A stretch of DNA of 64,000 nt from contig CAZYBU010000004.1 in assembly GCA_964645775.1 (NCBI GenBank), forward strand, positions 17,805 through 81,804, given 5' to 3'. Shown here in pieces: positions 8,171-18,919 of the stretch; within the stretch, counting starts at the first letter, position 1, and the number at the start of each line of letters is the position of its first letter. This DNA is from an uncultured Leptospirales bacterium. Lineage in GTDB: Bacteria; Spirochaetota; UBA4802; UBA5550. The notes under the pieces were generated by a model that was given only the letters and a program-made list of their open reading frames with translations, did not search any database and was not told the DNA's origin. A program made the translations under genes and the position numbers.

Positions 8171-9930
8171 GCGTACGCATTATTCCCAGAAGAACCAAGA
8201 TCGTCTGTACCCTGGGACCGGCCACGGACGACGAGAATCTCCTCAGGGAGCTGATCCTCGCGGGGATGGACGTGGCCCGACTGAATTTTTCCCATGGAAC
8301 CCACGATGAGCACCGGCAGCGCATTCAGACCCTCATGAAACTGAGAGAAGTACTGCGTCTTCCCGTGGCCATTCTCCTGGATACAAAAGGTCCGGAAGTG
8401 AGGATAGGGACATTCAGTGACGGGAAAACTATTCTGAAAACCGGTTCGACCTTCGTTCTTACAACAGATGAAATTGAGGGTGACGACACCCGGGTTTCCA
8501 TTACCTATCCCGATCTTCCTGAAGAGGTGGGCAGAGGAAACCGTATCCTTCTGGATGATGGTCTGATCGAGCTCTCTGTTATCTCCACCACAGCAAAGGA
8601 GATCGAATGCGAGGTCATTAACGGAGGGTCCTTGAGTAACCGCAAGGGAGTGAACATACCGGGGGTTTCCCTTAAGCTTCCCTTTATCAGCGAAAAGGAC
8701 AGAGAAGACATCGAATTCGGGATCCGGGAAGGGTTCGATTTTATAGCCGCGTCCTTTACTCGAAATGCCGGAGATATCCGGGACCTGAGAAGACTCCTGG
8801 ATTCCCTGGACGGCGGACATATGAAAATCATCTCAAAAATAGAAAACCATGAAGGATACAGCAACATTGAAGAGATCATACGGGTATCTGACGGAATCAT
8901 GGTCGCCCGAGGTGATATGGGAGTTGAAATTCCGTTCGAAGAGTTACCCGCCATTCAGAAGAACATCATCCAGAGATGTTACAGTGCGGGTAAACCGGTT
9001 ATAACGGCAACCCAGATGCTCGATTCCATGATACGTAATCCCAGACCCACACGAGCAGAACTTACAGACGTAGCCAACGCTGTCTACGATGGTACAAGTG
9101 CCCTCATGCTCTCAGGAGAAACATCAATCGGCAAGTACCCTGTTGAGTCCGTCCAAACCATGAACAAGATAGCCATGAAGACCGAGGGCAGCATCGATTA
9201 TATTCACCGTTTTAACAGCACCCATAACCAGGTCCCCAAAAATGTCACGGCCGCCATCGGCCACGCCACCTGTTCAACAGCCCACACACTGGGGGCCTCT
9301 GCCATCATTACGGTGACTAAGTCAGGCTATACGGGAAGAATTATATCCCGCTTTCGGCCCGCCGTTCCCATTATTGCCACAACCATAACAAAACGAGTAT
9401 ATCGCCAGCTGGCCCTGAACTGGGGCGTCCATCCCATTATGTCAATGGAGAAAGGTACAACGGACGAAGTCTTTGACCAGGCTATAGAGCGTTCCATGGA
9501 AACCGGAATTATCACAAATGGTGACCTTGTGGTTCTCACGGGCGGGATACCGGTAGGTATCAGCGGAACAACCAATACCATAAAGGTTCATATCGTGGGA
9601 GACGTAATCGCCCGGGGAGAGGGCATCAATAATTTCAGAGCCACAGGGAATCTCTGCGTTGTGAATAACAGCTACGACCACCTGGAAACCTTCAATGTTG
9701 GAGATGTTCTGGTAATATCGAATTCAACGGATGACATTCTTCCCATGATAAAGAACGCGGCCGCCCTGGTAACCGAAGAGGAATCGAACGATTCAAGAGC
9801 CGCCATCGTTGGAAAGGCTCTGGAGATACCTGTCATTACCGGAGTAAGCGGAGCCACGGGTATTCTAAAAAGCGGATCTCTTGTTACAGTTGATGCCGGT
9901 AAAGGATACATTTATAGCGGCATCCATTAA
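8167..9930 (+). CDS. pyk: Pyruvate kinase with C-terminal PEP-utiliser (swivel) domain
   Basis: RRTKIVCTLGPA, RLNFSHG, DTKGPE, MVARGDMGVE, TATQMLDSM, MLSGET. 587-aa long form. Confidence 0.97.
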   Translation: MSVRIIPRRTKIVCTLGPATDDENLLRELILAGMDVARLNFSHGTHDEHRQRIQTLMKLREVLRLPVAILLDTKGPEVRIGTFSDGKTILKTGSTFVLTTDEIEGDDTRVSITYPDLPEEVGRGNRILLDDGLIELSVISTTAKEIECEVINGGSLSNRKGVNIPGVSLKLPFISEKDREDIEFGIREGFDFIAASFTRNAGDIRDLRRLLDSLDGGHMKIISKIENHEGYSNIEEIIRVSDGIMVARGDMGVEIPFEELPAIQKNIIQRCYSAGKPVITATQMLDSMIRNPRPTRAELTDVANAVYDGTSALMLSGETSIGKYPVESVQTMNKIAMKTEGSIDYIHRFNSTHNQVPKNVTAAIGHATCSTAHTLGASAIITVTKSGYTGRIISRFRPAVPIIATTITKRVYRQLALNWGVHPIMSMEKGTTDEVFDQAIERSMETGIITNGDLVVLTGGIPVGISGTTNTIKVHIVGDVIARGEGINNFRATGNLCVVNNSYDHLETFNVGDVLVISNSTDDILPMIKNAAALVTEEESNDSRAAIVGKALEIPVITGVSGATGILKSGSLVTVDAGKGYIYSGIH

Positions 9931-10514
9931 GAGGAGAGTCTCTTAAGGGCCTCCTTTATAAGCTTCTCCAGGGAAATGCTCTTCATCTCATTAAGTATCC
10001 CATTTACGGTCTGCCTGGCCCCGGACTCGTCGAAACCGAGGGATACCAGGGCTTCAACCGCTTCAAGCATATCCCTTTCTTCTCCGGACCTTTCTTCGGC
10101 TTCAAAGCCTTCCAGTTTGCCTGATTTTCTTTTCAATTCAAAGATAAGTTTTTCCGCCTTGCTTTTACCAATACCGGGCACCTTTATAAGCCTGGAAATG
10201 TCATCATTCCGAACAGCATGAATCAGATCATTCGTTGAGAGACCTGAAAGGATAGAGAGAGCCATGGAGGGGCCGATGCCGCTGACTCGAAGAAGAAGAG
10301 AAAAAAGGTCCCTGTCCTGAGAATTCGTGAATCCAAAGAGACGAAACTGGTCTTCTCTGACGTAGGTATAAATGTTGAGAACCGCTTCCTTTCCCGCTTC
10401 GATCTGATTAAAAACCGTTAAAGGGATCTCAACCAGGTATCCTACCCCCGAGACATCAAGGATTACCTCTGTCGGCTTACAGGAGACTGCGATACCTTGA
10501 AGACGGGCAATCAT
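9927..10514 (-). CDS. ruvA: Holliday junction branch migration protein RuvA
   Basis: MIARLQG, GVGYLV, YVREDQFRLFGF, VSGIGP and VPGIGK HhH motifs, EALVSLGF. Confidence 0.95.
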   Translation of the reverse strand: MIARLQGIAVSCKPTEVILDVSGVGYLVEIPLTVFNQIEAGKEAVLNIYTYVREDQFRLFGFTNSQDRDLFSLLLRVSGIGPSMALSILSGLSTNDLIHAVRNDDISRLIKVPGIGKSKAEKLIFELKRKSGKLEGFEAEERSGEERDMLEAVEALVSLGFDESGARQTVNGILNEMKSISLEKLIKEALKRLSS

Positions 10515-10518
10515 GGTA

Positions 10519-10953
10519 TTATGAAACACTTATCAGTCTTCTGAGGAAAGCCTGGACCTTCTCTAATATTCCCGATTTTTCGATGAACTGGGCCTTCTGC
10601 AGAGCGAGGAAACCGTCTGAAATCCCAAAATCCCGGATAGCTCTGGTCAGAAAATGTATCCTATCGTCCCGGGAGCCGAGCCAGCTTGTCAACTGGTTGG
10701 CATAGATATCCGGTTCGATAAAGATATCCTTCTCCCGGCCGCCACTTTCCGCTATGGCAGAAAGGGAATCGTGGATGAACTGCATCGTCCAGTTATCGTT
10801 CATCCTGTGTTCGTTCATCTCCTGGATCATCTTCCTGAACTCATCGGATGCGCTGTCAGAAACGGCCCAGTATCTTTCATATTCATTTTCCCTGAGTTCA
10901 AGGTACTCAAGAAACTCCATACATTTCTCCTGCAATGACTGCTCAAGTTGCAT
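10519..10953 (-). CDS. Hypothetical alpha-helical protein, possibly phage-type/Ocr-like
   Basis: Intact 144-aa ORF tightly packed between the TPR gene and ruvA; motif EPDIY..QLTSWLGS. Confidence 0.65.
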   Translation of the reverse strand: MQLEQSLQEKCMEFLEYLELRENEYERYWAVSDSASDEFRKMIQEMNEHRMNDNWTMQFIHDSLSAIAESGGREKDIFIEPDIYANQLTSWLGSRDDRIHFLTRAIRDFGISDGFLALQKAQFIEKSGILEKVQAFLRRLISVS

Positions 10954-10963
10954 CAGGTATCCC

Positions 10964-11788
10964 TTAATTCAGACTGATTTTTCGCGCCTCGAAGAGACAG
11001 TCAAGGGCCCTGTCCGTTTCTCCCTTGAAGAGATGACAGAGGCTGAGGGAGATAAGGTTGTCACTGTCCTTCTCCGCCTCTTCGAGCATATTTATTTTTT
11101 CATCCAGTGTTCCATACCGGTCAGTATACACGGCAACGGGTACAGAAGCTATATATTCATCGAACATCCGAAATCCATCGGAGATACGACGGATCCTTTT
11201 CAGTTCCTTGACCGATTCATCGATTCTTCCGTTTCTGCGATGGAGTGAATAAATCAGTTTGCGGACGCGTCCATTATCGCTATCTACCACCACAAGGCGA
11301 TTCAGCATATCCATAGCTTCATCATCCCGGTTATGGTTATAAAACATGATAGCCAGCGCCGTCAGAGCCACCCGGTTCTCAGGCCAGATATTCAGAACTT
11401 CGTGAAAATTTGTTTCAGCCGCCTTCAGGTTATTTAAGCGGCTGTAGCAGAGCCCCATCACCTGAATAGAGAGAACAAACCGGCTGTTCAATCTTTTCGA
11501 TTTTTCCAGGTAGATAATTGCCTTCTTGAATTCTTTCTTTCGATAATAAATACTTCCAATATTAAAGAAGGTGATGTAATCAGATTTGAGGTGCAGGGCT
11601 CTTTCATAGGCTTCCAGTGCATCATTGAGGCGATTTAACCTGGAATAAAGGGAGCCCAGGTTTACATAGACATCCCTGTATGCGCTGTCCTGTTTAAGAA
11701 TGAAATTATATTCTTTTAGAGCCTCCGCAAAGTTACCCTGCTTTTCAAAACTCAGGGCCCGGCTCATGTGATCTATTATCGTATCCAT
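10964..11788 (-). CDS. Tetratricopeptide repeat protein
   Basis: Multiple TPR motifs (VYVNLGSLY, FFNIGSIYY, MGLCYSRL). Confidence 0.9.
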   Translation of the reverse strand: MDTIIDHMSRALSFEKQGNFAEALKEYNFILKQDSAYRDVYVNLGSLYSRLNRLNDALEAYERALHLKSDYITFFNIGSIYYRKKEFKKAIIYLEKSKRLNSRFVLSIQVMGLCYSRLNNLKAAETNFHEVLNIWPENRVALTALAIMFYNHNRDDEAMDMLNRLVVVDSDNGRVRKLIYSLHRRNGRIDESVKELKRIRRISDGFRMFDEYIASVPVAVYTDRYGTLDEKINMLEEAEKDSDNLISLSLCHLFKGETDRALDCLFEARKISLN

Positions 11789-11797
11789 GTAATAACC

Positions 11798-12979
11798 CTA
11801 TCTTGATCTGTGTGCTACCACCCGGTTCCTCCCGGTTTTCTTCGCCCGGTACAGGGCCGCATCGGCCCTTTTTATCAGATTCTTACTTTCTTTATCGGAA
11901 TCCGCGTGATACTGGGCTACCCCCAGACTGATGGTAACACTGAGAGATTTATCCTGACCGGAAAATTCATACTCTACGACGGATTTTCTAAGCCTTGTAG
12001 CTATCTCTATGGCATCCTCCATGCTGGTATCAGGAAGTATTACAGCAAATTCCTCTCCGCCATATCGTGCGGGAATATCCACACTTCGTACAAGTCCCTT
12101 GAATATCTGTGCAACCTCTTTGAGAACAATGTCTCCCTGCTGATGACCGTATGTATCATTAAAATCCTTGAAATGATCGATATCTGCCATGATCAATGAT
12201 AGGGGAATGTTCATCCTGTCCGACCGCTTGATCTCCTCCAGAAGTCGTTCCTGAAAGTAATGGTGTATATAAAGACGGGTCATCCTGTCCAGTGTTGCCA
12301 TAAGATAAAGACGGGAATTTTCTACAGCAATAGCCGCGAATTTTGCGAGGTCCACCAGAAATTCATGGTCACTTTTTTCAAAATCCTGACCTGTCAGTTT
12401 CTTTCCCAATATGATAAAACCATTCAAAAGATTTTTCGATTTCATGGGAACGACAAGATGGGGTTCCAGAATCTCAAGGTTATGGGCAACGCCTTTCAGT
12501 TCCGGAATGGTTTCAATCTCCGAAAATAAAGCAGCGTCCGGATGTTCAAGAAAATAGTGAATGATGGGAGAATCTTCACTGAATATTATATCCTTGGAAA
12601 ACCTGTCCTCATCATATCCCTTGGTCATATGGATATAAAAACTGGAGATATCAATATCTACCTGAAGAAGGATAGCCACTTTCTCCACGAACATCTGTCC
12701 GATGCAGCTGTAGAGAATCGATTCTACCAGGCTTTCGAAGTCAAGATTGGATGACAGACTAATACCCAGGCTGATAAGATTTTTGAGGTCATATATCTTT
12801 CGTTCCTGTGCCTCGATCTTCTTTTCGTACATCTGGAGGCCTGAATCGTTATTAAGCATGTTTTGGCTGTGAGCAGCTGTTTCGGACATTAACCGATTTT
12901 CCTGTATCAGTAGAAGGTCTGGTTTCTCTATATCAATCCTATCGGGATTTTCCTTTTCAGCAACAACTAATTTTATCAT
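11798..12979 (-). CDS. dgcA: GAF-GGDEF diguanylate cyclase (spirochaete DgcA-like)
   Basis: GAF-like domain, DIDHFKDFNDTYGH, RxxD I-site (RSVD), RYGGEEF. Confidence 0.88.
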   Translation of the reverse strand: MIKLVVAEKENPDRIDIEKPDLLLIQENRLMSETAAHSQNMLNNDSGLQMYEKKIEAQERKIYDLKNLISLGISLSSNLDFESLVESILYSCIGQMFVEKVAILLQVDIDISSFYIHMTKGYDEDRFSKDIIFSEDSPIIHYFLEHPDAALFSEIETIPELKGVAHNLEILEPHLVVPMKSKNLLNGFIILGKKLTGQDFEKSDHEFLVDLAKFAAIAVENSRLYLMATLDRMTRLYIHHYFQERLLEEIKRSDRMNIPLSLIMADIDHFKDFNDTYGHQQGDIVLKEVAQIFKGLVRSVDIPARYGGEEFAVILPDTSMEDAIEIATRLRKSVVEYEFSGQDKSLSVTISLGVAQYHADSDKESKNLIKRADAALYRAKKTGRNRVVAHRSR

Positions 12980-13075
12980 TATAACTCTTGATTTTTTCGT
13001 TTACATAGAAAGACTCTGACCCGTCATGTGTATCGGAATGTAATTCGGAACGTAACTACAGGTTTCTTCCCAATA

Positions 13076-13510
13076 ATGATTGATATTTCAGTTAGCCTGG
13101 ATGATAACGGCATCTGTCCTGCATACCAGAGTGAAGGTTCAGCGGGAGCGGATCTGTTCTCTTCTAACAGTGAGCCTATCAGAATTGAACCGGGTGAAAC
13201 AGTTCTTGTTCCCACCGGGATACGATTGGAAATTCCGGAAGGTTATGAGGGACAGATTCGTCCCAGGAGTGGACTTGCCCTGAAACACGGCATAACTCTC
13301 CTGAACTCACCAGGAACCATTGATTCGGATTACAGGGGAGAGCTCGGTATCATTATGACAAATCTCGGCAAGAAAACCTTTACCGTAACCCGTGGTATGC
13401 GTATCGCTCAGATTGTTTTCGGACAGGTCTACCGGGCAAGATTCAATGAAAAAGAGATACTTAATAATACAAAACGCAACGAAGGAGGATTCGGACATAC
13501 CGGATTATGA
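13076..13510 (+). CDS. dut: dUTP diphosphatase
   Basis: [36 protein letters not shown] motifs. Confidence 0.96.
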   Translation: MIDISVSLDDNGICPAYQSEGSAGADLFSSNSEPIRIEPGETVLVPTGIRLEIPEGYEGQIRPRSGLALKHGITLLNSPGTIDSDYRGELGIIMTNLGKKTFTVTRGMRIAQIVFGQVYRARFNEKEILNNTKRNEGGFGHTGL

Positions 13511-15168
13511 AAAAGCAAAAAAACCCAGTAATGAAAATTGTACCCCTGGGGGGTCTTGATGGGATCGGGAAGAACATAACCATATTCGAGATGAACGATG
13601 AGATACTCGTCGTTGATTGTGGCATCATGTTTCCTACCGACGAAATGCCGGGTATCGATTTTCTGATACCTGATTTCAACTATCTCGTTAAAAATAAGAA
13701 GAAAATAAAGGGAATCATTATTACTCACGGTCACGAGGACCACATTGGAGCTTTACCCTTTCTTCTGAATGAAATTCAGGCTCCTATTTACGCTACGCGA
13801 CTTACCATCGGTCTCATTCAAAAACGACTGGAAGAGCGTAAACCAAAGAATATACCTCAGTTCATCGAAATTGAGACCAGAAAGAAAATGATACTCGGAA
13901 GCTTTACCCTGGAATTTATATGCGTGAATCATTCCATCATTGACGGGGTAGGAATCTCCATCACGACAGAGCTGGGAACCATAATACACACAGGAGATTT
14001 TAAGGTCGACTTCACTCCCGTTGATTCAAAGGTTATCGATGTCAGCCGGTTCGGTGACTATGGCGAACAGGGAGTTCTGCTTCTAATGTCCGACAGCACA
14101 AACGCGGAAAGACCGGGATTCACCCGGTCGGAAGCTATTCTCGAGGGAAAACTCTCGAGTATTTTTTCAACCTCTAAGGGACGTATTATCACTGCTACTT
14201 TCGCCTCAAACATCCACAGAATCCAACATGTCATTGACGCGGCCGTAAAGTATAATCGCAAAGTTGCCATATCCGGTCTTACCATGCTGAAAAACATTGA
14301 GATAGCCCGTTCCCTTGGATATCTGAAGGTAAAAGATGACCTTATCGTCGATCTGGAGGAAGCAAAGTCTCTTCCGGATAAGAAACTTGTAATTATCGGA
14401 ACCGGTTCTCAGGGTGAACCCATGTCAGCCCTTTCAAGGATGGCAAATGGTACTCATCGTCACTTCAAGGCTAAGTCAGGAGACACTGTCATCATAACAG
14501 CCTCAGTGATCCCGGGAAACGAACGGACGGTTACTAAGATCGTAAACTCCCTCATGCGACTGGGAGCAGATGTCCACTATGACCGTGACCCGGATATTCA
14601 CGTATCCGGCCATGGGTCCCAGGAGGAGCTTAAGCTTATGCTGAGCCTTATCCGACCCAGATTCTTTATGCCGATCCATGGAGATTACAAGCACCTGAAA
14701 GCTCACACCCGACTTGCAGAGTCCCTGAATATCAAGCCTTCAAATATGATTACGGCTCAAAATGGCGATATACTTGAACTGCAGAAAAACAGTTTCAAGA
14801 AGATTGGATCCCTTGATCTGGTTCAGTACTACGTTGATGGAGACCATATAGGTAATTTAAACGATTCATTGATCAGTGACCGTCACTCGATGTCAAAAAA
14901 TGGAATCGTGCACGTGACCATTGTCACTTCAGAGGGTCAGCTTGTATCAGAACCGGTTATCTCCATCAGGGGATACTCCGGCATGAACGATCTCCAGCAT
15001 GTAAAACAGCTGGAGAAAAACGCTCGCACTTCAGCAGAGAAAGCTCTTCAGAAAGACCCATCAGAAAAAAGTCTTGAAGCGGGAGTACGTAAAAGCCTTC
15101 AGCACATAATCTATAAAAGATATAATCGTCAGAATCCTGTTCTTTCGGTTAACGTCATAACGGTCTAG
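13507..15168 (+). CDS. rnj: Ribonuclease J
   Basis: [42 protein letters not shown]. Confidence 0.96.
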   Translation: MKKQKNPVMKIVPLGGLDGIGKNITIFEMNDEILVVDCGIMFPTDEMPGIDFLIPDFNYLVKNKKKIKGIIITHGHEDHIGALPFLLNEIQAPIYATRLTIGLIQKRLEERKPKNIPQFIEIETRKKMILGSFTLEFICVNHSIIDGVGISITTELGTIIHTGDFKVDFTPVDSKVIDVSRFGDYGEQGVLLLMSDSTNAERPGFTRSEAILEGKLSSIFSTSKGRIITATFASNIHRIQHVIDAAVKYNRKVAISGLTMLKNIEIARSLGYLKVKDDLIVDLEEAKSLPDKKLVIIGTGSQGEPMSALSRMANGTHRHFKAKSGDTVIITASVIPGNERTVTKIVNSLMRLGADVHYDRDPDIHVSGHGSQEELKLMLSLIRPRFFMPIHGDYKHLKAHTRLAESLNIKPSNMITAQNGDILELQKNSFKKIGSLDLVQYYVDGDHIGNLNDSLISDRHSMSKNGIVHVTIVTSEGQLVSEPVISIRGYSGMNDLQHVKQLEKNARTSAEKALQKDPSEKSLEAGVRKSLQHIIYKRYNRQNPVLSVNVITV

Positions 15169-15171
15169 GTC

Positions 15172-16014
15172 ATGAATCTCTTCATTGTTCTGATTATCCT
15201 TGGTATAGTACAGGGTGTCTCAGAATTTCTCCCCATCTCATCTTCCGGACACCTGGTTATTCTTGAACAGATGGAAAGCTTCCGGATCATTCTGGCAGAG
15301 ACAGGTGACATTAACCTCCTGATTAACGTAAGCCTGCATGTGGCAACCCTCATCGCTGTGATTATTTTCATGAAAAGTGATATATTCTGGATGATAACCG
15401 GCTTCTTCCGGGGGCTTAAGGAAAAAGACCCTTGGAACCCTGAGACCCGGACCATTGCCTTTATCCTTGTGGCTTCCATACCAGCCGTTATTGTTGGCCT
15501 GCTCCTAAGGGAGCAGATTGAAAACGTCTTCTCCTCTATGACCGCAGCCTTCGCAATGTTGATCATCAATGGTATCATCCTTATTTCCACTAAAAAGATA
15601 CCTCTCCGGGACCGACAATTAGAAGAGACAGGCCTTTTCAGGTCCTGTGTCATCGGTCTTTTTCAGGCGCTGGCCATCATGCCCGGAATATCGCGGTCCG
15701 GCATGACCATAGCGGGAGGACTTCTTAACGGATTGAAGCCGGCGGACTCAGCCCGGTTTTCCTTTCTCATGTCCGTACCCGTGATCGCCGGCGCCGGGAT
15801 GTTAGAGGGAACCAGGCTTTTAGGAGGGACTTATCCAGAGGAGATTTATGCGCCTCTTCTCTTTTCCATGGTCATAACGACCATCGTGGCGTTTTTCTCC
15901 ATCAAGCTTCTCTTCGTACTGGTAAAACGTCTAAGGCTGGATATCTTCGGGTACTACACAATAGCCCTTGGTATCCTGGGATTGACTATCCTCTACATCA
16001 CAGGGACACTTTGA
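15172..16014 (+). CDS. uppP: Undecaprenyl-diphosphate phosphatase
   Basis: QGVSEFLPISSSGH, PGISRSG, ARFSFLMSVP; multiple TM helices. Confidence 0.95.
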   Translation: MNLFIVLIILGIVQGVSEFLPISSSGHLVILEQMESFRIILAETGDINLLINVSLHVATLIAVIIFMKSDIFWMITGFFRGLKEKDPWNPETRTIAFILVASIPAVIVGLLLREQIENVFSSMTAAFAMLIINGIILISTKKIPLRDRQLEETGLFRSCVIGLFQALAIMPGISRSGMTIAGGLLNGLKPADSARFSFLMSVPVIAGAGMLEGTRLLGGTYPEEIYAPLLFSMVITTIVAFFSIKLLFVLVKRLRLDIFGYYTIALGILGLTILYITGTL

Positions 16015-16082
16015 CCTGAAGGCACAGTGGATAATCTGAGGCGCGACCCCACAGGGTCCCACGGAAGGCACGGTTCTGGTAA

Positions 16083-18116
16083 ATGTCACACCTTTTTGAT
16101 AAAATTTTCAATAAACAGGAAAGCTCTTCCCGGAATGATCTTCCCCTGATCACGATCACGGAACGGGAAAACCTCTCGGAGAAGCTTCCCTGGATCGTGA
16201 AAAAGACCATTACCATATACGAGGACGAAAAGGGTTCATCCCGAAGATTTAATTCAGAAGTAAAAACCGATGGAAAGGGAAGCATCCTTCTGGAGCAGTA
16301 CAGGATGAAGTATCTTCGTGAAAAGGGGAAGAATCATCCGGTCCCGAATGATTCAGGAGAAGAGACATCCAGTGTTTCATCCTCCATCACAGCTGTACCA
16401 TTAGACATGGAAGAATCATTTCCTTACGAAGAAATCGATCATCTGGAACCGGATCCAGACCCGCCGATAGAAAACTCATCTCCCCCCTGGGAGGAGGTGC
16501 AGAATGAGGAACTCATCGACATAACGGACACTATCCGCACTCTGGATGATGAACAACCCAGGGAAATTCTCGACGCTCTTCCCGGAGAAAAAGATGGTAA
16601 CAGGGTCACGAATGACCCGGTTCAGACAGAGTCCAAAGCATTAATCGCAGATGATTCCGTTTCGTCAGAAGAAGATAATATAACAGAAAACACTGTATTC
16701 GATACTATCAAGATTAATCAGGATTATATCATTCCGACATCTTTCCTTTCCAATTCCGTCCCTATCGATCCTGAGAGCCAGAGAGCGGAGATAGAACGTA
16801 ATTCAAAGCTTCTGGTAAATACCCTGGCCGATTTCAGCATCGAAGCCCGGGTCGTAAACGTGAATCGGGGGCCTGTTGTTACTCTTTACGAAGTTCAGAT
16901 CGCTTCCGGTATCAAGGTCAGCAAGATCGTGGGCCTTTCAGACGACATCGCCATGGCCCTGGCCGCCTACAGAGTCCGCATCGTGGCACCCATTCCCGGA
17001 AAATCGGCCATAGGCGTTGAGATACCGAACCGGGAACGGGAAGACGTAACCATTGGCGACATACTTTCATCTGATGAATATAGCAGGTATCAAGCCCTGC
17101 TGAAAGTGGCCCTGGGGAAAGACGTTCTGGGTAATCCTATCATGCTTGATCTAAAAAAACTTCCGCATCTCCTTATCGCCGGTTCTACCGGTTCCGGAAA
17201 ATCTGTCTGTGTGAACTCCATTATTACAAGCCTGGTTTATAACTATGACCCAAATTATGTCCGATTTATAATGGTCGATCCCAAGATGGTGGAACTCCAG
17301 CTCTATAACGGCCTTCCCCATCTTTTGACACCGGTCATTATCGAGCCTCACGCAGCACCAATAGCCCTGAAGTGGGCCACGTATGAAATGGAAAGAAGAT
17401 ACAGGCTCCTCTCCGGAATGAATACCCGGGACATAGACCGGTATAACACTAAGATTCGATCCAGCAGCACTCCTCCCAGCGAGGAGCTCCCCTATATTAT
17501 CATCATGATCGATGAGCTGGCAGACCTGATGATGGTTGCCCCAAAAGAGATTGAAGGATATATTACCCGCATCGCTCAGAAGGCTCGTGCCGTAGGTATC
17601 CACCTGGTACTGGCCACCCAGAGACCCTCCGTTGATGTAATCACCGGTATTATCAAGGCGAACTTTCCGGCACGTATAGCCTTCCAGGTGGCTCAGAAAA
17701 CCGATTCCAGAACCATCATTGACCAGAACGGAGCAGAGAAGCTTCTCGGAAAGGGGGACATGCTCTACCAGTCACCCGTCAGCTCATACCCGGAACGGAT
17801 ACAGGGCGCCTTCGTGAGCGAAGAGGAGATACTTGATGTTGTAAGCCACCTGAAATCAATCTCCGAGCCGAACTACATCGACCTGGACGCCACTATCTTT
17901 GAAGCGGAAGATGAACTTGTTCTGGAGGACAATGGGGACGAACTCTTTAACGAGGCGGTGAAAATCATCGAGGAGACCCGCAAAGCTTCCGCATCCTACC
18001 TTCAGCGCAGGCTCAGCATCGGATACAACAGGGCGGCTCGCATTATCGAGCTCATGGAAGATAGGGGATACGTGGGACCCCAGCAGGGAAGTAAACCGAG
18101 GGATGTCCTTATTTAA
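16083..18116 (+). CDS. ftsK: DNA translocase FtsK/SpoIIIE family, no N-terminal TM domain
   Basis: PHLLIAGSTGSGKS, IDELADLMM, ATQRPS, GAEKLLGKGDML, gamma domain LQRRLSIGYNRAAR. Confidence 0.93.
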   Translation: MSHLFDKIFNKQESSSRNDLPLITITERENLSEKLPWIVKKTITIYEDEKGSSRRFNSEVKTDGKGSILLEQYRMKYLREKGKNHPVPNDSGEETSSVSSSITAVPLDMEESFPYEEIDHLEPDPDPPIENSSPPWEEVQNEELIDITDTIRTLDDEQPREILDALPGEKDGNRVTNDPVQTESKALIADDSVSSEEDNITENTVFDTIKINQDYIIPTSFLSNSVPIDPESQRAEIERNSKLLVNTLADFSIEARVVNVNRGPVVTLYEVQIASGIKVSKIVGLSDDIAMALAAYRVRIVAPIPGKSAIGVEIPNREREDVTIGDILSSDEYSRYQALLKVALGKDVLGNPIMLDLKKLPHLLIAGSTGSGKSVCVNSIITSLVYNYDPNYVRFIMVDPKMVELQLYNGLPHLLTPVIIEPHAAPIALKWATYEMERRYRLLSGMNTRDIDRYNTKIRSSSTPPSEELPYIIIMIDELADLMMVAPKEIEGYITRIAQKARAVGIHLVLATQRPSVDVITGIIKANFPARIAFQVAQKTDSRTIIDQNGAEKLLGKGDMLYQSPVSSYPERIQGAFVSEEEILDVVSHLKSISEPNYIDLDATIFEAEDELVLEDNGDELFNEAVKIIEETRKASASYLQRRLSIGYNRAARIIELMEDRGYVGPQQGSKPRDVLI

Positions 18117-18915
18117 GGGCATATACCTCCACCGTATCCGAAAAAACCGCCCTCTTTGCCCAAAAACCATAGATTCTTTTAAACAGCCAAAAAAATGGAC
18201 TCCCAGAATCCATTACCCTATCAGGATGAATACCTCCCGGCCGGATTACAACCTTCTTGAAACCTTTCGCAAGAAGATACTTTTTAAAAAGAACCGGGTC
18301 GATATCTATACGATGATCGGCAGGATGGCTCTTCTTCCAACGGTCAGAATCAAACCTGAATAAAGGACCCCTGACTGATGGAAGACTCAGGGCAAGTACA
18401 CCGCCCGGTTTCAGCATTAATTCAAGTTTTTCCAGAGCCTCCCCCGGCTTCTCGAAATGCTCCAGCACGAACCAGGCAGCCACCACATCATAGTTTTCAT
18501 TCTCCCGATATTCTTCAAAAGACCCTTCCCGGACATCGAGTCCCATGGTCTGACAATATCCCGCGGCCCAGGAGGATATCTCAAGACCCCTGACCCGTGA
18601 CGCGCCCCTGTTGCGTGCGCAGGTTAAAAAGGTCCCCAGGGCGCTTCCGATTTCAAAGACATAAGGGTCTTTTCTTTTATCCGGAAGCATTTTCAGAATA
18701 CGATCCATTCGGCGGCAGGATAGCTCGTAAATAACCGGAAAGTCTTCCTCGTAACTCCGTCCGTACTGCTGCTCATATTCCCGAAAGAAATAATCCTTTC
18801 CATAACCGCCTCTAAAATATATGGGGTTCGACACGGAACCACAGATATCACACTGATAGTAGCCTGTCCGTTTTTCTTCCCTCAGATTATTCCCGCATAA
18901 AGGGCAGGGCCCCAT
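18109..18915 (-). CDS. Class I SAM-dependent methyltransferase with N-terminal zinc ribbon
   Basis: CPLC...CDIC; FEIGSALG motif I; WFVLEH; LKPGG. Confidence 0.88.
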   Translation of the reverse strand: MGPCPLCGNNLREEKRTGYYQCDICGSVSNPIYFRGGYGKDYFFREYEQQYGRSYEEDFPVIYELSCRRMDRILKMLPDKRKDPYVFEIGSALGTFLTCARNRGASRVRGLEISSWAAGYCQTMGLDVREGSFEEYRENENYDVVAAWFVLEHFEKPGEALEKLELMLKPGGVLALSLPSVRGPLFRFDSDRWKKSHPADHRIDIDPVLFKKYLLAKGFKKVVIRPGGIHPDRVMDSGSPFFWLFKRIYGFWAKRAVFSDTVEVYALK

Positions 18916-18919
18916 TACC

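Noticed and set aside
16015-16082. GC-rich uppP-ftsK spacer with a small GACCC/GGGTC hairpin as a possible ncRNA
   Set aside because: The stem is only 5 bp and matches no RNA family I recognise.
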